A program made the position numbers and the translations under genes. The notes beneath the pieces are model-generated. The model did no database searches. It was not told the origin of the DNA and was given only the letters and a program-made list of their open reading frames with translations. Below, one piece after another: positions 23,985 to 36,242 of a DNA stretch of 64,000 nucleotides. Each line of letters opens with the position of its first letter. Position 1 is the stretch's first letter. Source of the stretch: Mantamonas sphyraenae STR306 (lineage: Eukaryota; Protista; CRuMs); assembly GCA_026936335.1 (NCBI GenBank), contig JAPMXV010000036.1, positions 62,001 to 126,000 on the forward strand, written 5' to 3'.

Positions 23985-26927
23985 TGAACCAGCTGCGGAC
24001 GCTGCATTCTGGTCGGTTTCCAGGATGACCAGCGTGCCTGTCGGCTGATGGACTTGGAACTTGCGCGGGGTGTTGGGCAGCGGCACAGCAACTTGGTTGA
24101 ACTGCTCGCCGACACGGTCGACGGTGAGGATGCGCAGCACGTCGTCGGTGACGCTGACCAGTCCGCCGGGACACACCTCTGCGTCGAGCGAGGCCAGGAA
24201 GGACACTGCGTCTGTGGACACGGGTGTCATCTGCATGCGGCCGTTGTGCAGGTACGAGAGCCAGATGCGTGAGCTCAGAGCAGCCACAGCGCGCGTGCCT
24301 TCAAACTCAACGCAAGCCAGCTTGACAGGCCGTGTGCCCACAAACCGCGTGCGGTTGTCGCTCAGCGTGCCGTTCAGTGCGTCCATGGTGGCACGCACCA
24401 CCACGCCGTTCTGCAGGCCGATGTGCAGAGACAGTCCTCCAGGCTGCAGCTCTGCAATCTGCAACGACACAGGCGTGGCAGGCAGCACCTGGATGGCCAC
24501 CTCCTCCAACGCTGCGTCGTGATCCAGCGACAGAATACGCACAGTGCCGTCGTTGCCACCCACAGCAAGGAACTTGGCGCGCTGTCGTCCTTCCGGCACC
24601 TCACCCACAGCAATGCAGCACACATCGATGTTGATGTCACGGCGGTCGATCTGCTTCAGCGTACCACCCTGGTCCAGCTCAAAGTAGATGACGTCGCCGC
24701 CCGAGAGCACAATGATGACCTGCGTGTTGTTCACCGCGGAAAACAGAATGGTCTTGCGACCCGGGCAGGCCCACTCTACGATGCGATTCTGGTTGTGGAT
24801 GTGTCGCAGGCCCTGTGGATGCACCTGCACAATGCTCGACTCACCCACCTGGGCCACATTGAGCGTGCTTGTCACCGCCAGGATGCCCGTGTCCTTCACA
24901 TCCTTGATCTCGTCGTCGACCTGCAGCGTCACCGTGGCGTTGACAAAGCTCACCACCACATACTTGTGATACTGGCTTGCTGCGCTGGCCTTGATTGTCC
25001 AGATGCCCGTGGGTGCGCCGGGCAGCTTGTTGCTGGCCACCTCGGTCACCGCGAGACCATGGCGCAGGATGCGAAACGACGAACGTGCACCCGCGCCACA
25101 CATGGAGTACACCTGTGGCGTCAGCTCCTTGGCCAGGTCCAGCACGCGAAAGTCGGTGACCGGCGAGAGGGAATCCAGCTCGTCCACCACCGCCAAATGC
25201 CGCAGGGCCGTGGGTTCAAACACAGCATGCGGATGCTCGCTGGCATCCTCCTCACTGGTGAGCACGGGTTCGTCTTCGCCGTCGCCAATGTCCGTAAACT
25301 GCAGGTAGACGTGGTTGCCAAACTCGGCGGCCACAAACAGATATCCCGACTGCAGGATGCTGATGCTGTTTGCCACGGGCACGGTGTCAAAGTACTGGAT
25401 TACGAGGCTGGACACAACATCGTCGTCGTGCTCCAGCGTGATTTTGTACAAGTCACCGTACTCGCTCTGCGCAAGAATGAAAAACATGCTGGTTTGCTTG
25501 TGCACAGCGTACGACGTGAGCAACACCGAACGCTCCTGCGGCAAATCAGCACGGCGCGGAATAATCACCGTCTTGCTCTGGCCGTTCAAGTTGCGGTACT
25601 CGATGCTGTTCTCGCTGCACACAATCACGCCGCCCGGCCCGTTGGTCCACTCGATTTCAGACCCGGCACTGGCCGATCCGGGCACAGGGATGAGCATGTT
25701 GGCCAAACGGTCCACAGGCTGGGCGTCCTTGCGCACGACGTGGTTCAGGCCCAGCTCCAGCTCGTAAAACGCGAGCACTTTGTCTGTGTCTGCAAACGCC
25801 TCTCCTGTGCTGTCTGTGTCCACATCCGAGTAGTCAAGCTCCAGCGCTGCGTACGTTGGGTTCTGCAGAAACACGTCCAGGGCTGTTGTTGCAAACACCA
25901 GCGTGTTGCTCCTGTGTGCCTCCAGCGGCGACGAAATCGTCAAGTTGTCCTGTGTGTCACGCTGCAGCACATACACCAGCTTCTGCTTTTCGACAGCACT
26001 GACCATCACAGCGCGGCCTGTCATACATGCGTGTGGTTTGTGTGGCAAGCAAGGCCACGCGCGTGTGCGTCGATACACGGAACGGGTGTCAGCAGGCGGG
26101 GCTTGATCTCATGCGCGCGCGCTTTCCGAGCTCGTCCCACGCAGCCGCTGCAGCCAACGGTGCACACAATCAGGCCAGCAGCACACCATGGTCACCGAGT
26201 GACTACGGTGTAGTTGTGTGCAGCCGAGTGCGTGCGCTGCGAGGCGGCAGCGGCCGCGTGAAAGCATCGACTAAAATTTCGGCGGGAGGGCTCGCGAGGA
26301 CGTGGAGGGGCAAGGTGCCACAGGGCGCAAGTAGGGAAAGGGGGCATGGCAACTGACCCATGGGATCCATGGCAAGGAACTGGCCAGGGACAATGCGACG
26401 GCAGCCGGACTTGCCGTACGTCTCTTGGTGCAGCTTGTTCCAAGTGTTGCGGCCGTAGTCGTACGCCAGGACGACGACCTTGCCGCTGTCCGAGCCCACA
26501 AGCAGGTTGTCCTGGGTGCCAGCAGTTCGAAATGCCACAAGAGAGCGCACCACACCAAAGATCTCTGTGGAAAGCACGCTGTTGAGCTTGCCCGTGTTGT
26601 CATCTGCGCGCATGAGCTCTAGCACGTGGCCTCTCGCCACGACGATTTCCTGTGAGCATGTGATCGTGCCCGCCTCCGTGTCAGCGGCTGTGCAGACTCT
26701 TCTCCGCGGGACGGCGTGTGTGGCATGTGTGTGTATGGCAACCCTCATGTATGACGTCGGACATGGTGTCATGGTGTGTCCCAAAGGTGCATGGAAGGAC
26801 AATGGAAGAGCAACGGCGCTGACGGCCAACTCACCTGCCCGTCGTGGTTCTCCTTGCCAGAAAAGTTGCCCACCACAGAGTGAGTGATGGCCGAAGGTCC
26901 TTGCAGGGTCAGGTTGTACAAATGCAT
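22671..26927 (-). CDS. SF3B3: Splicing factor 3B subunit 3 (SAP130/Rse1)
   Basis: MHLYNLTLQ, HQETYGKSGCRRIVPGQ, RSYFFPVKGVVDGDLCEQF. Exons 26927-26835, 26649-26358, 26017-22671. Confidence 0.97.
26069..26271 (-). ncRNA. Candidate structured RNA element in SF3B3 intron 2 (family unknown)
   Basis: Nested helices 26069-76/26264-71, 26138-51/26247-60, 26161-69/26214-22, 26183-89/26205-11, 26191-95/26199-203. All three non-WC pairs are G-U on the minus (sense) strand. Confidence 0.5.
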
Positions 26928-27021
26928 CTTGCTCTGGCCAGATTGGGGTGGTGAGCATCGCGCTGGCGCCGCCAAGAAACAAGCCACACACACACAAACA
27001 CACACACACACAAACAGAACA

Positions 27022-27446
27022 ATGTGTTGGGAAACGACGTGCGGTATGTACAAACCAAACACGATGGGCCAGAGAGCTTGTTGTGTCCTCTGGACGCCCA
27101 AACCGCCGGTTGTCTGGCTACGGGCGTCCGGACACGTGCCAGAACAGCCAGAACTCCACACTCACACTGTCCACGCACTGTCCACACACAGAAAACTGCC
27201 AGCTGAAGACTTGGGACGGATGTGGACAGCACAAGAACGCAATCATGAGCAAGGTGCGTGCTGGGTGGACGGTTTTCGCGTTCCATCACCACTTTTCTCG
27301 AATCTCCGCCCGTTTTCCTCGCCTTCCGCCTCCCAGTGGCTGACACATGGAGCGCCGCGTCCTCCCTGCAGATTCCCGAGAACGAGCAGTGCAAGTGCAG
27401 TGCCCAAGACCGCCGCCCTGCTGGCAGCTCATGCACAATTCAATGA
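27022..27446 (+). CDS. 52-aa Cys-rich microprotein (MC-x4-C-x2-C-x3-TWxGCGxH type) ending in a CaaX box
   Basis: Exons 27022-27043, 27192-27253, 27372-27446 give MCWETTCENCQLKTWDGCGQHKNAIMSKIPENEQCKCSAQDRRPAGSSCTIQ*. Splice sites are canonical and phases are consistent. Confidence 0.8.
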
Positions 27447-27525
27447 AAACCTCGTCTTCCATTCCTTCTTCAGCCCACGCGTCACAATGACCGCATGTGT
27501 GCTCTTGTTTGCTCCACCAATCTGC

Positions 27526-28925
27526 TCACTTGGTGCTCTTGATGAACTTTTCAAAGTGGTTGCGTGCCACCTGGATGTTGATCAGCGTGGCGGCCGATTC
27601 GATTTGCGCGTCGCTCATGATCACCATCACGTACGTGTTTGTGGTGAACATGTCCACAAACGCTGCGTAGTTCTTGTTGCGCACTTCCATGCACTTGAAG
27701 TTCGTCTGGCTCTTGCCGCAGCTAAGCTTGAACTGCTTGATGATGTTCGACACCTTTTCGAAGCGATGCACGTCCTTGTGTGTCTTCATTGTCGCGTGCG
27801 AGATCACCAGGAACGTTGATCGCTGCATGGGTGCGTGTGGGTGTGTGCGGGTGGGTGTGTGTTTTCCAATGTCAGCGTGTGCCCCATCCCCACTCCCTCT
27901 TCTGTCTCTCGTGCCACTCTGCGTGCGTTTCCCCGTATCCTTATCCCACCGCATGGCACCACTCACCTCAAACAGTACAACCTCGTCGGCTTCGCAGATC
28001 TGGCAAAAGTTGTCCAGATGCGACTCGAGCAGGTTGACGTTGGGGATCAGCGAGTACACAATGGCCGACCACGCCTTGTACAGGGTCTCGTCCCAAATCG
28101 ACGTGCGGAAGCAGACCACGTCGAGCGGCTCGCTCAATTGCTGCAGCTCCTGCTCGCGCTTGGCAAACAGGTCGTCGCGCTGCTCCTCGGGAATCAGATC
28201 CATCTTGTGAATGAGGCAAAAGATTTTGGCGTCCTTGCTGTTCTCGATGATGGCTTCCAGGCACGACGTGTAGTAGTGGATGTCCTTCTCCAGCTCCTTG
28301 CTCTCGATGTCAAACACGTAGATCAACACCTCCACGTTCTTGAAGATCTGGTCCCGTTGGCTCGCAAAGTAGTTCTCCATGAACGCCTCTTGTCTGCGGC
28401 ACGTCGTGTCAGTGACCACTGTGTCTTCCCTCTCCAACCGTGTGCGTGTGTCTTGCACACGCGTGGTCCTATTGCCAGCTCCCGCCCATCACGTGTTCCC
28501 CGCTTAGGGGCCAGCCAACCTGCCGTCCACGCCAACTCACCCTCCGCAGTCCCACAGATTCAGCACCAGGTTGCCCAGGAAGCGCACGTTGCTGTGTTCC
28601 ACGTCGATCGTGGCTCCCAGACGCGCCGTGTCGCGTGCTGTACCAGGTGTGCCATACACCCACCGCCCGTGTGTGTTCCGTTTCGCCCGCGTCAGCAAAG
28701 AGTGCCCAGCGTGCATTTTTCGTCGGAACCAACCGGCTCCCGGCTCGCCTCTCGCACGTCACGCCTCTCTCTCTGCGTCCGTCCTCGCCATCCAAACAAT
28801 CGCCTGCTTCTCTCTTCACACCTACCGATGTAGTTGGCAAAGATGATCGAGCGCATGCTCGTCTTGCCAGATGCGCTCTTGCCCATCAACAGCACCTTCT
28901 TCTTTGAGCTCGAGGCCACAGACAT
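27526..28925 (-). CDS. RRAGA: Rag GTPase A/B (Gtr1)
   Basis: [50 protein letters not shown]. Exons 28925-28826, 28637-28541, 28393-27967, 27822-27526. Probable 5'UTR intron ~29007-28930. Confidence 0.96.
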
Positions 28926-29118
28926 ATTTCTGCAAGGAGGATCTCCGATCCATGTCAGTGTCACCCTTCACGCACCCATCCCCATTCCCCCCGTGTCTTC
29001 ACTCACGGCAGTACGAGTGATTAAAAGTTGTTTTGGGGACGAGGGCGGCCTGGACCATCCCACACTGTATTCCACCGTTCCCTCTCCTCTCCTTCCCCCC
29101 CCCCTCCTTTGAGCACCA

Positions 29119-29929
29119 TCACAAAGTGTCCAGCAAAATTATCCTGATCTCAACCTGCCGCTCAAACTCAGCAAACGACACTTTCTTTTCCAGGTCACTG
29201 CCGCTGTTGACAAGGAACGACCGGATGGACGCGTTGGCATCGCTCTCGTTGCCAAACCGTCTGGCCAAGATGCGACAACAGTCGGAAATGGTAATGTACC
29301 CGCTGGGCGGGTCGTCCACATCGTACATCAGAAACTCTATCAGATTCACCTGTGTCCATGCGCCCTAGCACATGTCAGCGCGTGTGTGGGGCACAGCTCA
29401 TATTCCATCACATCCATCACATCTCCAGCCTCCTCTGCGCTTTTCCTGCAACCTTGCGGCCGCGCAGCGCCAACCGGAAATCCGTTGCTTTGCAAACGCC
29501 TCCGTATGGTTCCCCCACCCCCCTTCAAGAGACAACGCAGCCCCGAAGATCACCTCCTTCCTTCCCCGTAGCCACCTACCAGCCTGTAAGTCGTGGTCAC
29601 CGAGCCACGCACGCTGAGAAAGGCTTCGTAGAGGTCGTCGAGGGTGATGCGGCCTCTGCCCGACCCGTCTATCTGCCACACCAGGTCCTGCACCGTGGAC
29701 TTTTTGATTGGTGCTCCCAAGGCTTTGTACTTGGCTGTGAGATCTTTCAGTGTGATGTAGCCCCTGTCCTTTGTGTCCAGCCGAGCGTACACCTCGGCAA
29801 GCTGGACGTACTCGTCGTAGTCCTGCCAGTGGGACGCGCCCTTGTGTGTCAGTGTTCCCATGCACGGCATGGCATGCAACCTCCCTCTCCATGGGCTTCA
29901 CTCACCATTTTGCTCTCTGACGACGACAT
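29119..29929 (-). CDS. Calmodulin/centrin-like EF-hand protein (165 aa)
   Basis: Exons 29929-29906, 29822-29580, 29349-29119. EF-like loops DTKDRGYITLKD, DGSGRGRITLDD and DVDDPPSGYITISD. Confidence 0.75.
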
Positions 29930-29976
29930 CGTGGCGGGCGTTGTGTTTCCCACGCCCTCGCACCCAACCCACAAGC

Positions 29977-32586
29977 ATGTCACACACGCGGACCACCACC
30001 CGTGTGCATGACCATCTCTATGGTAGGTGCAGCCAACGTGTGCTTACCCTGCAGAGTGCCACTGCGCTCGCAGGGACCTGTGAGAGCGACATTCCCAAGG
30101 CCCCCCTTGCCCGGCCTTTCGACCGTTGCCAGCCTCTCTGACGCCCCCACCACGCAGACAATGAGTTTATGGTCAGCGACATCCGGGACCAGCTGCGGCA
30201 CCATCAGCGCGCCACAGCAGCCCAGGTGGAGAAGGTGCCCGTCTTTGACAACATGTTCAGCGACGTCGCCAAGTATCCGCGCAGCGGCTATCGAATGAAG
30301 GTCGACCCTCGCAAGGAGGTGTCTGCTGATATCCAGCAGGTACGTGTGCGCCCGCACTCTACCCATCCATGCCTTTCCCACACAGAGACACACACAGAGA
30401 TCCACACACACACCATGCACCTTGTCCATGCCCCCGGGCTGGGTCCCCTTTTTCCACACCGGCTCACACCCGCCCCCCATTTTACGCCCATCCACCTGCC
30501 TTCAGGCCAAGTTCAACACTGTGCTGGCTGAGCAGCACTCGCGACAGACAGGAACCGACAACGCAGTGACGTCCAGCACCCGTGCAGCCAAGGAGCAAGC
30601 GCTCACTGTGGCCACGGGACATGACCGCTTCAAATACTTCAGCCAACCGGTGTTGCCGTATCTCCAATCCGTCCAGCCCGAAGTGTAGGTCGCCCTCCAC
30701 AGCGTCAACGCACACCTGCACAGCCACATGCACACGCACCATACATACTGCGCCTACACGGTGTACCCATGTGTGGCCACTGACACACATACATCACCCG
30801 CTCGCACAGCGTGCTGGCGCCTGAAAAGGTGAAGATGGAGAGCAGCAACATTCTGCAACGGCCGGCGTCGCCGACAGCCAAGACCGTGGGCACACAGACA
30901 GACTATCGCGAAAACGAAGCGCAAACCGACCCATACACACCGGACGAGGTGCACCCTGAGGGGTCGGAACCAGAGCTGCTCACGCTGCAGCATCTCAAGT
31001 TTGGGGCGGGTTTGCCTGCGGGCGAGCACGAGGTGGAGATGATTGAGCGTGCGCGGCAACGACGCGAGTTCAACGCCAACCTGCCTCCCATCAACGACCC
31101 GTCGACGTTTGAGCTGCGACGCAAGATGTTGGAGGAGCAGGAGTTGAAGGAGTGGGAGGAGCGGGAGGAGCAGATCAAGCGTGTGCAGGACCAGCGCATC
31201 GAATTGCTGAAACAGGCCATCATTGCACGGGAGGAACAGACGGAAAAGCTGAACGAGGAGCGGCTGGAGCAGATGAAGGCGCTGCGGGAGAAGGAGAAGG
31301 AGGCGGCCATCGACAAAATCCGCAAGCGGCGCATCAAGACGTTCCGCAAGTTGGCTGAGAAGCGCAAGAACGTGGAGGGCAAGCGTGAAAAGAGGGACAT
31401 TGTGCTGGAGTATGCAGACTACGGCAGCAAGGTGTATGCGCCGCGCAACAGGGACGGCCTGGTGTCGGACAACGGCACCGATGCACACAAACAGGTGGAG
31501 GCCGCGGTGCCCACTGTGGCCACAGAGTACCAAACGTTGCACCTGCTGGATCAGACTCTGCCCATGAAGATGACGGTGAAGAACGTACACAGCGTGCCAA
31601 ACACCGCACGCAGCCGCAGCGGACGCCACGCTGCCACAAAGTCGGCACGGCAGCGCACACAGCTGGCCACGGAGCTGGCACGCATGGATGCCCTGCTCAA
31701 GACCCAAAAGATGGAGAAGCAGGCGGCGGCAGCTGCAGCCAAGACGGGGGGCAAGAAGAAAAAGACCATCAGCAAGGCGCTGGCAAAGCACAGGCAAGAA
31801 AAGGCGCCCGAAAGGCCTCCCACACCCGAGGTGGAGGAACCGGACGAGGACGAGGACGTCACCGTGGCTGTTATCCACCTGCAGCGGCTGCTTCGCGGCC
31901 GTTCGCACCAGAACGTCATGTTTGAGGGCAAGGAGAAGCGTCTGGAGCTGATCTACGAGCTGCGTCCGGAGGAGGACGAAATGGGCACTCTGGAGCTGGA
32001 AGAGGTGGCGGCAGAGGAGGTGGACGACCGCTCGCTGCACAGGCAGCGCATGCTGGACGCGACACTGGATGCCATCCAGGGCGAGCTGGTGGGCAACACC
32101 CTGGACTTTCTTTCGAAGGAACTGGTGCGTGCTCGGCAGGAGGCCAAGATCCGTGCGCGTGTGGAGGCGGCGGAGAAGGAGCGCAGGATGCGCGAGGCGC
32201 TGGAGAGCGGGCGACGCCAACAGGAGGAGGAGATGCGTGCCAAGCAGGACGAGATCTTCCGTGTGCACATGGAGGTGCACCACGGCACTGTGGACTCGTA
32301 CCTTGCCGGCATCCAGAGGCGTGCCATCGAGGCCTCGTCGAACGAGCAGGCCGAGGACGAGATGCGCCACAAGGTTACGGCACTGCGCAGCAGCAAGCAG
32401 GAGCTGCGCGACGAGGAGGTCAGCGACGCAGAGGCCGTCAAGGAACTCATCCTGGAGTTTGTCATCCCGGAGATCGACCGCAACATCCAGTCGCGCGAGC
32501 AGCAGCTGCAGATCAAGAAGTACGAACTCGCCGCTCACAAGACCATGGTTGCGTGGGGTGCAGAGACCAGCCGTCGCCGTGGATGA
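29977..32586 (+). CDS. CFAP91: Cilia- and flagella-associated protein 91 (AAT1/MAATS1, CaM-IP2)
   Basis: GTQTDYRENEAQTDPYTPD, GLPAGEHEVEMIERAR, DYGSKVYAP and the IQ motif LQRLLRGR. Exons 29977-30022, 30158-30339, 30506-30684, 30810-32586. Confidence 0.92.
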
Positions 32587-32671
32587 TTGGATGGGCACGA
32601 TGTTGTGTCCCATGTTGTTGGGCGGGCTTCGCGGGTTCGGAACCACCCAAACACTCATTAACACTCAAAAA

Positions 32672-33203
32672 ATGCAGTTTACTCTCAGCACCTACGTGTT
32701 TTTGCTGCTCTGCGTCCTGTCCACCCTCATGGGCGGTGCCATGGCTGCCGAGGCGGCTCCCATGGACGCTGGCGACGGTGAGTTGGACCCCCCCCCGGCG
32801 AGTCGTCCAGCCGTCACCACCTTCCCGCCGCCCGTTGCACTTCCTGCCGTCCCGCACATCCACACACTACCGTCCACAGACACTCTCGCGTGACATGGCA
32901 GCCCGCACGCGTATCTATGCATGCGCCTCTTGCCCTGTCGCGTGTGCCCGCGCGCAATCCACGCCCACGGCTCGTTTTTCTCCCTCTCGTCGACCCGCAT
33001 TTCGGCTGCACCCACGCCCTGGAGACTCGTTTGCGACACGCCACAAGCACGGTCGCACGTGTGTGAGTCCCATCTCCCACACTCTGGCACTCACATGTGC
33101 ACCCTGCACCCGCATCCACACAGTGATTGCCCTGATTCTTGGCCTGATTATCGGCTTTGTGGTCATCTGCGCCGGCCTCGGCTGGTACTCGCGCAGGCAG
33201 TAA
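32672..33203 (+). CDS. Small integral membrane protein, SMIM30/DUF4730-like (61 aa)
   Basis: Exons 32672-32777 and 33124-33203. Hydrophobic leader, then MDAGDVIALILGLIIGFVVICAGLGWYSRRQ*, resembling the SMIM30 core as I recall it (EAGDAIALLLG...ICACLGVYARKR). Confidence 0.78.
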
Positions 33204-33520
33204 GCAGGTCTGTGGTGGAGATACTCAGTACAGCGTCCGGTCAGGCCTTGGTGTGCCTATGCCATCCTGGCTTTGGCCTTGCCTGCTCCCCCTGCCAAAG
33301 AATCACGTCGACGAAAATGAAAAAGCATCTGTCCAGCCAAGCTTGTCCACTTGCTTGTCCCATCGCCTTGCCCGGCACATGCACTTAGGGCATTCACACA
33401 CACTGGGTACCATGACATGGCAACGCAGTGGCTGCATGCACACCCTGCTTGGAGGGTGCTTGCGCTGTGAGAGCCACGTCAACGAGCCAGCGCACACACG
33501 CTTCCCGACACCGTGCCCCC

Positions 33521-34398
33521 ATGTCCAGCCTGGCTTCGTCGGAGCCACTGGTGTCATTTGAGCCCATCCAGATCCACACGGTGACGGTGGTGCATCTGCA
33601 TGAGCCTATCTGGGGCAGCAAGAGTGAAAAGATGGAGCTGCCAGCCACCATCCTCGCACTGTGTGTGCAACTGGAGCTCCTCTTGGAGAAGGAGCAGAAG
33701 GACGGCGCAAAGGGCGTTTCATACACCGAAGCCTATGCGCCGGGCAACTACATGCTTCCACGCAGGGATGCGGTGTGGAAGGAGCTCGAAGAGAGCGTTG
33801 CCAAGTTTGACGCAGAAATGACCGTTCTCGTGAGTTTGTGCGCCGTCCACGCGATTGCACTGTCCCTTGGCCACACCAAGCCTGTGGAGTGTCCTTGTGT
33901 GCGTGCGGCTGACCCGTTCGTGTGTGTGCATGGCCATGTGTGCAGGATTACTTGTCCGACCAGAACATGCACGCCATGTTTCCCTACGTGGCAAGCACAT
34001 ACTGCAACATCACGCAGTCGTGGCCCGACCAGTACGCAGACGCCAAGGACTATCTCATGTTTATGTCGGTCATCAACCAGATTGTGGTGTTGTGTCGCCA
34101 GCTGCAGGAGAATCTGCAGATGGACACTCACCGCTACGTCGCCCACCAGGTGGCCCTCCTCTATGCACCCCTTTCCACCTCTGGCACTGCCCTGTACAGC
34201 TTCCGCAAGCAGGTTGAGGACAATTTCGAAGCCATCAAGGCCACCACAGAACACTCGCCCCACAAGCTCACTCCCAAACAGCAGAAATTCCTGCGCTCCC
34301 TCACCCAAGACCTCCTCACCTTTGTCTCTCGCTTCCCATCCAGTCTCATGAAGAAGGTGCAGCCCTTTGTCGCCTTTCTTGAGCGCGACGACGAGTGA
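33521..34398 (+). CDS. Uncharacterised protein with an HRYVAHQVALLY motif
   Basis: Two exons joined by intron 33830-33945 (GTGAGT..CAG). Coding-like codon usage and a helical sequence. Confidence 0.7.
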
Positions 34399-34443
34399 TT
34401 TGACAGGAACGAATGGTTTTTTCTCTCCTCCCGGCTCCTCCTC

Positions 34444-36086
34444 TCACCATTTGGTCAGCAGTGGATTGTTGGCAAACGTGTCCTGGATGGCGTGGTACTC
34501 TGTGTGCAGCATGCGCTGGGCCTTTGCTGAATCGTGGCCGCCTAGCCACTCGTCGTACAACGCCATTGCCGCGTCGTTGTCCATTGCCCTGCGCATGACC
34601 AGGCCCTCTCCACTCTCGTACGTGCTCTTGAGCTTCTTCAACACCTGTACACTGTCCAGCTCTGCGTTTTCCATGTTGCTGGGCTTGGCCTGGCCGCCGC
34701 CATTGAGACACCCACTCGGACATGCCATCACCTCCACGTAATGGTACACAGGCGACGACGAAGACGACGACAACGACTTTTTCGCCGCCTTCCGCTGGCC
34801 ATTCTTCATCTTGCGGATCAGGTTCTGGATGTTGCGAAAGCCGTAGGCTCGTGCAAAGCGCAGCTTGACCTCGCCGTCTTGCTTCCACACCACCTCCACA
34901 AAGTCCTTGTTGTTGCGTCGGCTGCTGTACTCCAGATCCTCCTCTGTGATGTTGGCCCCAAACAGCTCCCGTGCCGCATGCAGCATGATCTCCTCCAGAT
35001 AGCTTCCCGAGGTGCCAGCGTTGCCGTACAGCACGTACGGCGGCTCCTCCTCACCCTCGTTCTGACCCTCCCTCTCATCCAGCTCCAACGCATCCACACG
35101 CTCGATGGCACTGTACATTGTGTCCAGCTCAGCGTCGGCCACAGGCTTGAGCGGCGCATACCCACGGGCGTTCAGAAAGTCCACCAGTTCGCCTGTGGTC
35201 AGCACACAGTCCACGTCACGCGTGTGCAGCTCCTGGTTGTAAAAGTCGGCCCGTGACGCTTCCAATTTCTTGTCGTAGCAGGGCATTAGGGCAACGTGGT
35301 ACACCTGGTCGGCAGTCAACCCCAGCGACGTTGCGTAGGCGTCCTTGACCAGTGAGCCCATGATCTGCTGCGGCGACTTGACGCTGCTGATGTACGGCAG
35401 CACAAACTCGCCGTGCTTCTTTTCTGCATAGCAGATCCAACCTGGCAAGCGCGTATGTGTGTGTGTGTGTGGAGCCTGGTGTGAGCCGGGGGATTCCTCG
35501 CAGGCAGCCGGACGCAATATTCCGTCGCTCACTTACCCGGGCACGACGACTCAAGCATGGGCAGCTGGACCATGTCCTGCTCATAGCGACGCACAAACGT
35601 GCGACACGCTTCCACGATGGCCAGGTCTCGCGTAAATGTAGTGTCAAACAGCCTCTGCACACCCTGTTCCTTCAGTGCGGCCGTCACCGCACCCAACACG
35701 TTGACACTGGACAAGCCATAGTGGTTGGCCAGCGAGGCACGTGCCTGTGGAGCCACGCTGACCACAATGTGCTTGTCGCCTGCATCCAGTACACGTTCAA
35801 ACTCGTCCAAACTCTGTGCGGAAACGAGCACGCTCTCTGCGGACGTGATACACCCGGAGCACGCCAGACAGTCGTTCAATGTGATGGATGCCTCTTTGAG
35901 CGCCTGTTGGCTCCCATCGTTACTCACTTGCACATAGCCGCCGTCCGCATCGACCGTGATCTCCTTGATCCCCTTTCCTCCGCTGGACACCTCCTCCAGC
36001 GGCTTGATGCACTCCAGACCCGGCGAAATGTAGTCGTTAAGATCCGTCAGTCGCAGAGCGCCTGATAGCTGGCCGTTCTGAGACAT
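34444..36086 (-). CDS. CIAO3: Cytosolic Fe-S assembly factor Nar1/NARFL (hydrogenase-like)
   Basis: LTDLNDYISPGLECIKP, CLACSGCITSAE, SSCPGWICYAEK, MPCYDKKLEASR, EVMACPSGCLNGGGQ and C-terminal KW. Intron 35536-35442. Confidence 0.95.
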
Positions 36087-36242
36087 GGATTGTGTGTGTG
36101 TGTGTGTGTTTGTTTCGGAGGTTGTTTGTGATGGTGGTTGTGGCGCACATTCATTGTCGGTCCCCAAGAGGGGGGGTGAGGGGGGTGAGGGGAGGGGGAG
36201 CACGACAAAACGTCCTTCTTTGTCCTCATGCCTTCCTCCCGG

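Noticed and set aside
27935-27942. GTATCCTT U12-type donor motif
   Set aside because: It lies antisense within a normal U2 intron of the Rag gene.
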